From the IMG/VR virus record IMGVR_UViG_3300037478_000343, positions 4,180 through 68,179 of that record: a stretch of 64,000 nucleotides of DNA. One strand, written 5' to 3'. The first letter of the stretch is position 1. Each line of letters starts with the position of its first letter. Origin of the DNA: a virus. The position numbers were made by a program, and so were the translations under genes. Under the pieces are notes generated by a model, which was not told the origin of the DNA, did not search any database, and saw nothing but the letters and a program-made list of their open reading frames with translations. Below, in pieces: positions 1 through 9,509 of the stretch.

Positions 1-80
1 TGGCAGTCGTCGGTATGTGATAACTGAGCGCGGCGGTCGGGCTGCCCACCATTCCCACCAATCAACCAGAGTCTTTGTCG

Positions 81-239
81 TCATTGCTCTTTGTGCACAA
101 CAAAGATGGCAACACCGGCTATGACGCTCATCGGGATTACTGTTAGCCACCATTGCCAGTCAAGAAACGTCCATCCCCACCTAAGCGCAAGTGCCGTCGA
201 TATGAACATGCCAATTACAAAAATCATAAAATGCGTCAT
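81..239 (-). CDS. small membrane protein, 52 aa, two predicted TM helices (MTHFMIFVIGMFISTALALRWGWTFLDWQWWLTVIPMSVIAGVAIFVVHKEQ)
   Basis: Below the 60-aa ORF-track cutoff; found by hand translation of the minus strand. GGGAGGTG RBS 6 nt upstream; its ATG directly abuts the stop of the upstream gene at 241-243. Confidence 0.35.
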   Translation of the reverse strand: MTHFMIFVIGMFISTALALRWGWTFLDWQWWLTVIPMSVIAGVAIFVVHKEQ

Positions 240-240
240 C

Positions 241-483
241 TTAAGCACCTCCCAACAAACCGCTTGTATCTTTTGTCGGCCAGTCGTGCATGTTGTTCAT
301 CCTCGCTTCTTGTCTGGCGTGTCCATGGAAGCGCCAGATGAACGGCAGGCAGTCGCCATACTCGGTGGTGACGTAGCGCCTCACCCAGCACAGGTTGCCG
401 TCCACGCGCTCCACAATGCCCTGCGGCTCGCCCTGATAGACGATCTCCTGTCCATTGACTGGCTTTCGATCTTCGAATGTCAT
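241..483 (-). CDS. hypothetical protein (about 80 aa)
   Basis: ORF track 241..525 (-). Internal ATG at 483 is preceded by an AGGAAG RBS. Same strand and GC3 bias as the surrounding leftward operon. Confidence 0.45.
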   Translation of the reverse strand: MTFEDRKPVNGQEIVYQGEPQGIVERVDGNLCWVRRYVTTEYGDCLPFIWRFHGHARQEARMNNMHDWPTKDTSGLLGGA

Positions 484-680
484 CTCGCTTCCTCTGATAC
501 CCATTTTGGGGATGTTCGTACCCAATTTGGGTATGTGCTTAGTTTGTATGGGGCAGTTACCCTTCGTAATCCGCTTCAGCCAGCGTGTCCGGCTTGTCGT
601 TGTGTATTGGGCACGTCTCGCTCACAAGAGCGGCACCGCTTTCTGGCTCCGGGTTTTCGCAATCGCAAATCATTTCGTTG

Positions 681-1680
681 TCAATAATGTCCATGCTGCT
701 CGCACCACAGCCGGAACTTGGCCGTTTCCAATGGCTCTAAGTCGGTCCACCCGAGAGGCCACCCCATGAGCCACTCGACCCACGTCGGGTTCAGCGAGCC
801 ACCAACTTGTGTTTGCAAGTTCTCGCCGCCTTCGCGGCCCTGTGAGCCCGGACCCGTGCTGCAATTCGCGTGAGGTGTCGCCCAATTCACTGCCCGGCCG
901 AGTTCGTTTCCGCTCGGCCCGTTGCTCTTGCCGTCCGGACTGAACCCGTGTGGCGTCGGCCACAACCTCACCGCGGATTCCAGACCGAGCTGAACCTTCT
1001 TTCCCTTGTGATAGAACGTCCCGCCGATCTGCTCCGCGTGCGCCACGGACCGACCGCCGTTCGGCACGTTCGGAGTCGGCCATAGGTTGAATCTCGCCAT
1101 CGCTCCGAGTGTTGGTCGTAGAGCCGCGCCCTCGCTCGCGCTCCGGTTGAACATGCTCCCGGTATCCACTGTCGCTGGCGTAGGCAATACACCACCATCG
1201 ATCGCGGCGATGCGGAGCTCCTGTTTCGGCAGCGGATAGCCGACGCCATCGACAGTCATACCCGCTATCGGCCAGGTCCCCGAATATTCGTCTTGCGTAT
1301 TCGTGAGCAAGCAAACCTGGGACGTTCTCCAGGAGCGCGAATCGCGGTCGTACTGCGCGAATGACACCGATGGTTTCTGGCCACATATTGCGCGCGTCAG
1401 ACTCGCCTCCGCCCGCTCCAGCGACGCTGAACGGCTGGCACGGGAAGCCCGCGCTGACGACATCAGCCAGGCCCTTATAGCTGTCGGCGTACCCCTCACT
1501 GATGAATGCCCGGATATCGCCGAAGATTGGAGCTTCTGGCAAACAGCAGTCCCTGATCCGGGCGGCGAGGACTTTTTGACAGTAGTCGTCATATTCGACG
1601 TACCCTATCGGCGTCCAGCCAAGCAAATGACTTCCGAGAAGTCCGCCGCCGGCACCGCTGAAAAGGGAAAGTTCATACAA
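681..1680 (-). pseudogene. DNA (cytosine-5)-methyltransferase, reading frame broken near 1140-1175
   Basis: Frame of ORF 670..1680 carries motifs I (FSGAGGG), IV (GFPCQPFSVAG), VI (ENVPGLL) and VII/VIII (LADSGYDCRWRRL...GAPHRRDRWWCIAYAS) up to about 1165, then degenerates into low-complexity junk. Overlapping frame of ORF 681..1592 then carries a typical phage Dcm-like C-terminal part (repeated WPTP motifs, ...NPTWVEWLMGWPLGWTD). TTG start at 1680 with AGAAGG RBS. Confidence 0.65.
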
Positions 1681-1703
1681 CTGTCATTGCCTTCTGTGTG
1701 GAG

Positions 1704-2180
1704 TTACCGAAGCCGCTCGCGCAACAGTTCGGTCTCGCGATCCTTCTTGTTGACCAACTCCGTCAGCCCCTTGACGTGGCTTTCAAGGTCCAGGATGCGT
1801 TCGTTTTTTAGCAGATCGGCAAAGGCGTCAACCAGCTCGTGACGCTTCTGTATGCCTCCTGTTTCAAACAGGCGACCGTGGATCACATCCGACCCTCTGT
1901 CCCGCCCGGTGTAGCCGTACTTTTCGCATCCGAGGTAGCGTCGAAACATTTCCTCGTTCCCCGATAGCATCGACTCTATGGCTCGGTCGGTCATTTCCTG
2001 TACGTAGTACATAAGCTGGTCTGCCAGATCGTCCTTGAGCCACCACTCGACTTTGTCTGCGGCATCGCGGAACAGGCCCTCAATCTGCTCTGCAAGGGGT
2101 TTTACAACGTCCTCTGGCAGTCCTGCATTGAACGTCTCGCGCAGCTTGTCTCGGAATTCGATGTCTCGACTTTCGTTCAT
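1704..2180 (-). CDS. hypothetical protein (158 aa)
   Basis: ORF track. GGGAG RBS upstream of the ATG at 2180. Protein-like composition. Confidence 0.55.
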   Translation of the reverse strand: MNESRDIEFRDKLRETFNAGLPEDVVKPLAEQIEGLFRDAADKVEWWLKDDLADQLMYYVQEMTDRAIESMLSGNEEMFRRYLGCEKYGYTGRDRGSDVIHGRLFETGGIQKRHELVDAFADLLKNERILDLESHVKGLTELVNKKDRETELLRERLR

Positions 2181-2212
2181 TTCGTTAACTCCCTAAACAG
2201 GTCATAGTTCGT

Positions 2213-2533
2213 TCATTCGACCCCAACCACTTCTTCGTCTTCACCCTCGCCGAATATCTCGAACCTAGTTCGCGGAAACAGACAACGTCCATCTTGGCGC
2301 ATGAGGTTCCGAAAGAGACTGGTGCAGTCCCGACAATAATTCGGCTCTCCCGGCCATTGGCGTCGAGCTGGCGGCGGGTGGCCGGTCTCTTTAGACGCAG
2401 CCGCCAGCCAAGCCTCGTATTCGTCCACAGAACCAAAACACGGAGGGTGTTCACCAGCATCTGGGCGGGTGATGGGCTCGTGTTCTTGTCTCTGCACGAT
2501 CATCTCGAGCTTCCTAATTATTGGATCGTCCAT
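2213..2533 (-). CDS. hypothetical Cys-containing protein (about 106 aa)
   Basis: ORF track 2213..2542. ATG at 2533 preceded by a GTGAGA RBS. Overlaps the 3' end of the upstream gene by about 20 nt. Confidence 0.45.
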   Translation of the reverse strand: MDDPIIRKLEMIVQRQEHEPITRPDAGEHPPCFGSVDEYEAWLAAASKETGHPPPARRQWPGEPNYCRDCTSLFRNLMRQDGRCLFPRTRFEIFGEGEDEEVVGVE

Positions 2534-2888
2534 TGATCTCACTGAAGTCCTCGATAGGGATCATGACTTGGGGTATGCCGTCGATGTTTCTCACCGCGTA
2601 CTTCAACCCCGTATGTGGCATGAATGCCTTCCCGAGCATCTTCTTTCCCTTTGCTACGATGCGGAACGGCGTGACCGTGTCTGCCGACAGGGCCTTGACC
2701 ATCAGCCAGCGGGCAATCGGCACGCACACGCATTTGACCTCGTTGAATTCTGCGACTGTCGGTTTTTCGTGAAAACTCAGCCAGCCAGTCAGGGCTTCGT
2801 CGGCGTACACCGCGTGTACGGAAGACGAGTCGCTAGCCTCCGTGTAGAGAACGATCTGCCGCTTCCACGCAGATGACAGTTCCCCCAT
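2514..2888 (-). CDS. hypothetical protein (about 124 aa)
   Basis: ORF track 2514..2918. Internal ATG (MGELSS...) at 2888 has an AGAGGAG RBS 5 nt upstream. Confidence 0.45.
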   Translation of the reverse strand: MGELSSAWKRQIVLYTEASDSSSVHAVYADEALTGWLSFHEKPTVAEFNEVKCVCVPIARWLMVKALSADTVTPFRIVAKGKKMLGKAFMPHTGLKYAVRNIDGIPQVMIPIEDFSEINGRSNN

Positions 2889-2914
2889 GGACTCTCCTCT
2901 ATCTGCGCCCATGA

Positions 2915-3355
2915 TCAAAACGGAATATCGTCGTCGTCAAAGTCCTTTTTTATGTCTCTGGTTTCCTCAGGCTCCTGATCGGATTCCTGGCTGGCCGAAC
3001 GACCACCCCCGCCCGACTTGCCGCCCAACATGATCAGCCCGCCGAAGTTGTCGAGCAGAATCTCGGTGCTGTAGCGCGTGACGCCTTCTTTGTCGTCCCA
3101 CTTGCGGGTTTGCAGCTTGCCCTCGATGTAGACCTGAGAACCCTTGCGGACGTACTCAGCGATGATCTCGGCGGTCTTGCCGAACGCGACACATTTATGC
3201 CACTCGCATTGCTCCTTCACTTCACCGGTGGATTTGTCGGTCCACTTCTCGCCGGTGGCGACGGAAAAGTTTGCAACCGCCTTGCCGTCAGGAAGGAATC
3301 GCGTCTCCGGGTCTTGGCCTAGTCGGCCGATCAGCATGGCTTTGTTCAGGTCCAT
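2915..3355 (-). CDS. ssb: single-stranded DNA-binding protein
   Basis: OB-fold SSB pattern ([11 protein letters not shown]...[11 protein letters not shown]...[14 protein letters not shown]), Gly-rich linker and the canonical acidic C-terminal tail DDDIPF. AAGGAG RBS. Confidence 0.95.
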   Translation of the reverse strand: MDLNKAMLIGRLGQDPETRFLPDGKAVANFSVATGEKWTDKSTGEVKEQCEWHKCVAFGKTAEIIAEYVRKGSQVYIEGKLQTRKWDDKEGVTRYSTEILLDNFGGLIMLGGKSGGGGRSASQESDQEPEETRDIKKDFDDDDIPF

Positions 3356-3383
3356 CTACTTGCTCCTTAAATGAATACTTGCA

Positions 3384-4136
3384 TCAGAAGATACGCAGGC
3401 TCTCTGATTCGATGAATTCGGCCCCGCTAATTTCCTTGACGCCCTTCTTCAGCATCAGTTGGGCGAGGGTGTTCAGGCCGGACCTTTTCAGGTCCACGAC
3501 TTGCTCCAGCACGAGACCGTCCAGGTCGTCCAGCGCAGAGGGTAGGGCCGCCAGGAATTGGCGCAGGTTCTTAACCTCAGTGTTGTACTTCTTCGCACTC
3601 GAGGTGGACGAACCGTAGTTGCCTCTCGTCACGCCTACTCTGGCTTTCTCGATCAGCTTTTCGGTGACCTTCGTCGCCTCCTCAAGAACCTCGTTCTGGT
3701 CCTCCTCAGTGGTTTCTGCCTCGGCTTGCGCTAGAGCTTCCTCCTCAAGGCGTCGTGCTTCCTTGGCGGCCTCCTCGCGTAGGCGGGCATCTTCGGCGCG
3801 TTTCCACGTCACCATCTTCCGCTCGACGATGGTGCGTACCTTGTCGAACTCGCCAGTAACCGGCTTGAACGCCTTGTTGATGAGCGTGTACAGGTTGTAG
3901 AACGGGGAGGTTATTTCCTTGCGCAGGTCCTCCGCTTTGCTCCCTTGCGTGCGCGCGATCTTAATCAAATCGCCGCCCTTGGCGTATGACTCCGAGTCCG
4001 TGACCTCGGCCCTGTCGGCCTGCGCGATCAGGTTGTTCGCGGTCTCCTGAAATTCCGCAAGCGCTACCTGTAGCCGTCCGACTTTCTCGGCGGTCGGAAG
4101 CCCGGTGGTGGAAATTGTTACTGCTTTGCTCGTCAT
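3384..4136 (-). CDS. coiled-coil protein of the recombination module (possibly Gp157-like)
   Basis: ORF track 3384..4202. ATG at 4136 (MTSKAV...) has a GAGAGG RBS and overlaps the stop of the YqaJ-like gene. Long Glu/Ala/Lys/Arg coiled-coil segment. Sits between ssb and the exonuclease/recT pair. Confidence 0.55.
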   Translation of the reverse strand: MTSKAVTISTTGLPTAEKVGRLQVALAEFQETANNLIAQADRAEVTDSESYAKGGDLIKIARTQGSKAEDLRKEITSPFYNLYTLINKAFKPVTGEFDKVRTIVERKMVTWKRAEDARLREEAAKEARRLEEEALAQAEAETTEEDQNEVLEEATKVTEKLIEKARVGVTRGNYGSSTSSAKKYNTEVKNLRQFLAALPSALDDLDGLVLEQVVDLKRSGLNTLAQLMLKKGVKEISGAEFIESESLRIF

Positions 4137-4146
4137 GTCTGGCCTC

Positions 4147-4836
4147 TCAAAACAGGGACGGGATGCCGTCCAGTTCGTTTGCGTACTCTGGTCGTTCATC
4201 ATTGACCAGCATATGATTTATCTGCACCAGTCGTTCGTAGAACCGCGCCTGCATGCCCTCGTCAAGTGGAACGTCCTCCTGGTGTAGCTGCTCCAGCGGC
4301 TTTGCCTCCGGATGGAAGCTGACGAACCTTATCTTTGGCCGGCCAGTGACAAATGCCTCGAACTGAACCTGTACGAAGTACTCCCACATGCACTGCTTCA
4401 CGCCAAATCTAAGCAGGTCTTTGTGCCTATCCAGAATCAGCGGGCACTTCACCTGCCCGGTCGTGTCGTCACCCTCAAAAAAGTCTGGGGTTGCGCTCGC
4501 GATGTCGAATGTGGGGTGAATAAACATGCCGGGGTTGATCTGCACCTTGCCGGTGGTAAACCGCAGCATGTCGTACTCACGGATGGCGCGCTCCTCGTAG
4601 GCGTGGCCATGCTCGAAGGCGGCGCACGTCGCTCCATCGACTGCCGGCTTCGTCAGTTCCTCCGCCATCTCGTCCAACATCCGACCGATCGTGGCGGGGC
4701 GACCGTACATTATCTTGTACGCACGGTCAGAGGCCGTGATGCGACCGCGCCGAGCGTCCATCCAAATCGGCGTGTTCTGCGGAATCCCCTTGGCCGGGTC
4801 CTTCGGCTTGTACAGTAGGCTGAAGTCGTACTTCAT
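4147..4836 (-). CDS. YqaJ-like viral recombinase-type exonuclease
   Basis: PIWMDARRGRITASDRA...AFEHGHAYEERAIREY matches the YqaJ/lambda-exonuclease family signature. Immediately downstream of recT, as in Sak/RecT-YqaJ modules. Start taken at Met-59 of track ORF 4147..5010. Confidence 0.8.
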   Translation of the reverse strand: MKYDFSLLYKPKDPAKGIPQNTPIWMDARRGRITASDRAYKIMYGRPATIGRMLDEMAEELTKPAVDGATCAAFEHGHAYEERAIREYDMLRFTTGKVQINPGMFIHPTFDIASATPDFFEGDDTTGQVKCPLILDRHKDLLRFGVKQCMWEYFVQVQFEAFVTGRPKIRFVSFHPEAKPLEQLHQEDVPLDEGMQARFYERLVQINHMLVNDERPEYANELDGIPSLF

Positions 4837-4867
4837 GACCGGCGCCCAATAAGAACGACCGAAACAA

Positions 4868-5986
4868 TCATCCCTTTTTGCCTTTGCTGGTCGCCTTACC
4901 CCGCGGCTCCTTGGCCGCGGGCTTAGCGCTTTCCTTCGCGCCCTCCGGGGGGTCGCCCCCCTCCTCAGCATTCTGTTTCGCGGCCTCGTTGACCTTTTTT
5001 TGCCGGTCAAGCAGCTTGGCTTCGATTTCTTCGAAGTAGCGAACCGGAATTTTCTTCAGGCTGTTGGTCTTGTACGTCTCGGCTACCTTCGCCGGTGCGA
5101 GCCCCTGCGTATTACACAGGTCACGTATTCTCTTGGCCTGCTCGTCCGATATTTTCTCGCCCATATCGGCACGTAGAGATTCCTCGTCAATCGCCGACGC
5201 CTGCTCGTTGGCCTCGGCCTCGTTGTCGATATGGACTGCCGTCTGCAGACGCTTATAGGCTTCGCCATCCGACACCGGCCACTGTTTGTAGCCGCGCTTG
5301 ATGCCGCTCTTTTTGGACATCTCTCCGGGCCACGTGACCCACGGTCCGCTCGGTTTCCGTTTGGGGTCGCGTGGATTGAATGCGTCACTGGCGCGGGCAA
5401 CAGTCAGTATCTCGCCGATGTCCATCACGGTGATATGCGGGTTCGGTGCGTCCCGTAGCTGCGCGATGCAGTAGACGCCGATCATGCGGTTGCGCTCTCC
5501 GTTTACGAGGTCGATAACGCGCTCCTCACGCGGCGCAAACAGCTTCGGCTTGTGTTTCAGGTACGGAGTGCTACCGAGGTCCACGTCGAACGTGTCCTCC
5601 TCGCAGAGAAACACCACGTCGGCCCTGATGTTCGAAATTACGCCGGTGTCGGTCGCCAGCTTCATCAGTCCTCGGTACTGGGGGGAGGCGGTGCATTCGA
5701 CTCGGTTACGCTTCGAGTTCCACCGCGGCAGAAGCGCCGCCTGCTGGCCGGCCGGATTCAGGCTCAGGCCCATCGCGGCCAGGTTGACGAACGCATCCTT
5801 GATGGTCTCCGGGTCGCACTCCAGTAGCTTCTCGTTGTTCGAGATGGCCTGCAGCGCGAACCGCGCCTCGTTGTTGTAGTCGAGGAGCTTGTGCGTGTTC
5901 TGCGCGTTGAACTTGCGCTTCGCATCCCGGATGGCAAGAGCCGCCTTCTCTCGGGCCTGCGGTTTGGCGACGACCTTGTTTGCCAT
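4868..5986 (-). CDS. recT: RecT-family single-strand annealing recombinase
   Basis: Central RecT core (GLSLNPAGQQAALLPRW...YRGLMKLATDTGVISNIRADVVFLCEEDTFDVD...) with a Lys/Glu-rich C-terminal tail. GGGGAG RBS. Confidence 0.9.
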   Translation of the reverse strand: MANKVVAKPQAREKAALAIRDAKRKFNAQNTHKLLDYNNEARFALQAISNNEKLLECDPETIKDAFVNLAAMGLSLNPAGQQAALLPRWNSKRNRVECTASPQYRGLMKLATDTGVISNIRADVVFLCEEDTFDVDLGSTPYLKHKPKLFAPREERVIDLVNGERNRMIGVYCIAQLRDAPNPHITVMDIGEILTVARASDAFNPRDPKRKPSGPWVTWPGEMSKKSGIKRGYKQWPVSDGEAYKRLQTAVHIDNEAEANEQASAIDEESLRADMGEKISDEQAKRIRDLCNTQGLAPAKVAETYKTNSLKKIPVRYFEEIEAKLLDRQKKVNEAAKQNAEEGGDPPEGAKESAKPAAKEPRGKATSKGKKG

Positions 5987-6624
5987 GTCTCTCCCCTGCG
6001 AAAATTAGAGCGGTTGGCCAAGTTTGATATAAAGGGCGACCGCGACTACCCTTACATGTTTCCCCGGTGACCTCCGGAGCCAGCTGATTCAGTGTCTCTA
6101 CGGTCCCCACCGATCTACTGGTGAGCTTTGTTCCGTCTCGGAGACAAGGCGTCTGAAATGTACGCCCAGCTGGAGCATGGTTTGGACGATACCCGCTAGA
6201 ATCAGGTGCGTCTACAACTTGCCGATTTTATTTTCCGGTCGCGGAGTGTACCAGAGTTTGCCCGGTCAACTTCGTTGCCGAAACGGTGGCGGAGCGGTGG
6301 CCGTATGTTTGGGAAATGTGGTTTCATGCTCGCCGCGAACGAGAGGGCGAACTCGATAAAAAGCGCAGGTAGGGGTCGGGAGCGCCTTAGCTTTCGGTCT
6401 GGGGACGCCGAATAGAACCCCAGAGCCGCCGTGCGGCCAGCTTCCTAGAAACCACTTTAACAAAGTGCGTCTAGGGGGTAAGGGGGCCGCTGTGCCGCCA
6501 GGGAGGCGATAACTACTGAATAGTAAGACAACAGACTCAGGTATTAAGTTAAATTGCGCCCGAGTTTCGCGAGTTCTGTAAGGTCGGGCATTTCAGGCAT
6601 TTCAGAAATCGGAGTAAGATTCTT

Positions 6625-6942
6625 ATGTCCACATGTTACGTCTACTTCATCCAGGAAGCTCCGCGCGGCTCAATAAAAGTTGGCATGTCAAGCGATCCAG
6701 AGAAACGTCTGAAGACTTTGCAGACCGGCGCCCACAAAAAATTACGGCTGATCGCTCGGTTCCCATTCCAATGTCGGCAGGAGGCACATACGGTGGAGCA
6801 AGAGATTCACCGTAAATTCTCCCACTTACGACTGTCCCAAGGCGAGTGGTTCAAGCGGACGATCCTGAAAGAGATGAAGCAGGGACGGAAACGTGTAATC
6901 GGTGGGTCCTACGAGAATCCGACAGTAACCACCCCGTCTTGA
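6625..6942 (+). CDS. T5orf172 / GIY-YIG-like domain protein
   Basis: YVYFIQEAPRGSIKVGMSSDPEKRLKTLQTG...EQEIHRKFSHLRLSQGEWF is the characteristic T5orf172 (MUG113-like) pattern. First gene of the rightward operon. Confidence 0.65.
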   Translation: MSTCYVYFIQEAPRGSIKVGMSSDPEKRLKTLQTGAHKKLRLIARFPFQCRQEAHTVEQEIHRKFSHLRLSQGEWFKRTILKEMKQGRKRVIGGSYENPTVTTPS

Positions 6943-6995
6943 GAAAAAACAGCCAACCCCTAGAACGGTCCCTCGCTACTTGGTAGGGTTTTCTG

Positions 6996-9509
6996 ATGCA
7001 ACTGTTCGACTACCAGAGCCGTGTTCTCGACGACGTGCGCTACGCCATCCGCGGAGGCGCACGCTCGATCTTAATGGTGCTCCCGACCGGTTCAGGAAAA
7101 ACGGTCTGCGGTGCCCACATGATTCATTCCGCTGAGTCGAAAGGCAACCCGACGCTATTCACCGCGCATCGGCGCGAGCTGGTGAACCAGACCGTCGACA
7201 AGTTGCAACGTTTCGGCGTACAGCATGGGACGATCATGGCCGGCAAGACGCCGTCCCTTTGGCATGGCGTGCAGGTTGCCAGCGTCGATACTTTGCGGGC
7301 TCGCTGCATGAGCCCACGCAAGAAGATGGAATTGCCACGCGCATCTATCCTGATGGTGGACGAAGCGCACCGGTCCTGCAGCCCGACCTACACGAAGCTG
7401 ATCGACCATTACCGTAAGGACTCGCTGGTGATTGGGCTCACGGCTACGCCGATTCGCGGCGACGGCAAGGGCCTTGGCCGCCACTACGACGAGATGGTTG
7501 TCGGACCCACGGTGCAAGAACTGATCGACATGGGGCGCCTGGTACAGCCCAAGTATTTCGTGCCGAGCATTCAGGACCTGACTGGCGTGCCTATCGCGAA
7601 GGGCGACTACGTCGAGAAGCACCTCGGCAACATCATGGGCACGAAAGAGGTGATCGGCGACGTCGTGGAGCATTACGGCAAGCTTGGCGAGGGCCCGGCC
7701 TTGCTGTTTGCGCCAGATGTGAAGTCGTCCATCGGCTACATGGAAGCATTCAATCGTGCTGGCATTTCTGCGGCTCATATTGATGCGTCCACGCCAGCGG
7801 ACGAGCGCGACCGCATCATCGCAGGACTCCTTGGCGGCCGGTTCGATGTTTGCTGCAACGTAATGGTGCTTTGCCTTGACACCGAAACCGAGATTCTCAC
7901 CGACCGAGGATGGACAAACTACCGGGAAATGACCAAGCAGCACAAGGTGGCTAATTGGGAAGGCGGTCGCGTGTGGTTTGAGGGGCCGCAAGATGTGGTC
8001 GTGAGGGACCGAGATCCAAGTGAGCGCATGTTCTCCATAGAGACGCGCAAGAAAAGCATCCGGGTTACCTCAGGGCATAGGATGCTGTACAGAACGAAGC
8101 ACGGAGGACGGTTCCTCAAATGCCCCGTGGACGAACTTGAAGGACGAAGCGTGCAGCTTCCGATTACCGGTCGCATTGATATAGAGCCCGCTGAAGTCAC
8201 ATTGGACGAATGTATGTTCGCGGGGTTCTTTGTTGGCGATGGCTCAAGGTGCCAACTACAGAGAGGAGGTGTCGAGTACGTTGTTTCTCAGAGCTTCGCT
8301 TATCCGAAGATAATTGCATGGTTCGATGCGCTGATTCTCAGGTGCGGTCTGCATTGCGTGCGAAAGGAGAGGGCATACGCAGTCAAATTCGTGCGCTGGA
8401 GCTTCTGCCGCGGAACCGGCGGAAAATCACAGAAACGCAACGGTGGCGTGGCTCGTCTAGAGTGGCTGCTGGACAAATCTTGCTCCTCCATCAGTAGTTT
8501 GAGCGCCTCTCAGTTCGAGGCGTTTATGCATGGTCTCTGGATGGCCGACGGCAACCACGGAGATGGCGCGACTCCAGTCAAGAACAAATATATAACCTCC
8601 TGCAACAAGTACATGCTAGACAACATTCAGGCCGCAGCCACTGTTCGCGGCATGCGGGTGTCGCTGTCTTCTGAGATTCTTCCACGTAAGGCAAACCACC
8701 GGTCGCAATGGACCCTATCGTTCTGCCATAGAGATTACTGCTCCACGAGCTGCTCTGAGTTTAAGGCAGAGAACATCTGGCGCCCAGAGAAGGTCTGGTG
8801 CGTCAAGACCACGTCAAAAAACATCATCACCAGGCGGCAAGGCAAGGTTGTTGTCATGGGCAACACCGAGGGCTTCGACTGTCCACCAGTGCGCACCATC
8901 ATCATGTGCCGACCAACCCGAAACATCGGTTTGTATTTGCAGATCGGCGGTCGGGGCCTGCGCACGTCGGACGGAAAGGACTCCTGCATAGTCATCGACC
9001 ACTCTGGGAGCGTGTACGAGCACGGCCTGCTGGAATGGGACCACGAGTGGAAACTGACCGATGCCGAGGGCTGCGAGTCTCGCGAGGAGCGCCAGAAAAA
9101 GCTGGACGAGAAGAAGCCTATAACCTGCGTCCAGTGCTCCCATGTGTATACCGGCCAGCTTATCTGTCCCAACTGCGGACACATGCCGAAGAAGCACGGA
9201 AAAATTGTCGAGAGTCGCCAGGCCGATCTGGTTGAGTTACGGACCCTGGCGCGCCAGAAAAAGGAGCGCAAAGACAAGCCCCGAGAGTACACGAAGGAGG
9301 AGAAGCAGCTGTTCTTTTCCATGGCGCTCCAGTACGCCGCTGACAGAGGACACAAAGATGGTTCAGTGGCTTGGAAATTCAAAGACCGCTTTGGCCACTT
9401 CCCTCAAGACATGCAGAGGATACCGACAGAGCCTTCACCGGAATTCATGCGGTTCATCCAGCACCTGAATATTAAAGCCGCCTACCGCCGGAAGAAGGAA
9501 GCGGCATGA
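6996..9509 (+). CDS. SF2 DEAH-box DNA helicase with C-terminal zinc ribbon, interrupted by an intein (extein about 506 aa)
   Basis: Walker A LPTGSGKT, motif II MVDEAH, motif III GLTATP, motif V split as VMVL|...|TEGFDCP, C-terminal CVQCS...CPNCGH zinc ribbon. A 331-aa insertion separates the two halves of motif V. Confidence 0.85.
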   Translation: MQLFDYQSRVLDDVRYAIRGGARSILMVLPTGSGKTVCGAHMIHSAESKGNPTLFTAHRRELVNQTVDKLQRFGVQHGTIMAGKTPSLWHGVQVASVDTLRARCMSPRKKMELPRASILMVDEAHRSCSPTYTKLIDHYRKDSLVIGLTATPIRGDGKGLGRHYDEMVVGPTVQELIDMGRLVQPKYFVPSIQDLTGVPIAKGDYVEKHLGNIMGTKEVIGDVVEHYGKLGEGPALLFAPDVKSSIGYMEAFNRAGISAAHIDASTPADERDRIIAGLLGGRFDVCCNVMVLCLDTETEILTDRGWTNYREMTKQHKVANWEGGRVWFEGPQDVVVRDRDPSERMFSIETRKKSIRVTSGHRMLYRTKHGGRFLKCPVDELEGRSVQLPITGRIDIEPAEVTLDECMFAGFFVGDGSRCQLQRGGVEYVVSQSFAYPKIIAWFDALILRCGLHCVRKERAYAVKFVRWSFCRGTGGKSQKRNGGVARLEWLLDKSCSSISSLSASQFEAFMHGLWMADGNHGDGATPVKNKYITSCNKYMLDNIQAAATVRGMRVSLSSEILPRKANHRSQWTLSFCHRDYCSTSCSEFKAENIWRPEKVWCVKTTSKNIITRRQGKVVVMGNTEGFDCPPVRTIIMCRPTRNIGLYLQIGGRGLRTSDGKDSCIVIDHSGSVYEHGLLEWDHEWKLTDAEGCESREERQKKLDEKKPITCVQCSHVYTGQLICPNCGHMPKKHGKIVESRQADLVELRTLARQKKERKDKPREYTKEEKQLFFSMALQYAADRGHKDGSVAWKFKDRFGHFPQDMQRIPTEPSPEFMRFIQHLNIKAAYRRKKEAA
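7872..8864 (+). mobile_element. intein with LAGLIDADG homing-endonuclease domain, inserted in helicase motif V
   Basis: Starts with Cys (CLDTETEILT, block A), TSGH block B, two LAGLIDADG-type motifs (MFAGFFVGDGS and FMHGLWMADGNHGDG), ends ...KVVVMGN followed by Thr+1 (TEGFDCP). Removing it restores a contiguous helicase motif V. Penultimate residue is Gly rather than His. Confidence 0.75.

Noticed and set aside
91-687. Plus-strand ORFs (198 aa and 62 aa) at the left end
   Set aside because: They lie antisense to better minus-strand genes with RBSs. Composition is Cys/Arg-rich with no motifs. The surrounding operon is leftward.
5064-6110. Multiple 60-134-aa ORFs overlapping recT on both strands
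   Set aside because: They are shadow ORFs produced by high GC. Arg/Pro/Gly-rich with no RBS. recT fully explains the region.
6361-6470. Possible tRNA-like structure in the 6.0-6.6 kb intergenic region, and again in the 22.6-22.7 kb region
   Set aside because: No GGTTCGAATCC-type T-loop or cloverleaf could be built by hand. A tRNAscan-SE run would settle it.
7155-7991. 278-aa minus-strand ORF inside the helicase/intein
   Set aside because: Antisense to a high-confidence helicase with clear motifs. Typical GC-rich shadow ORF.
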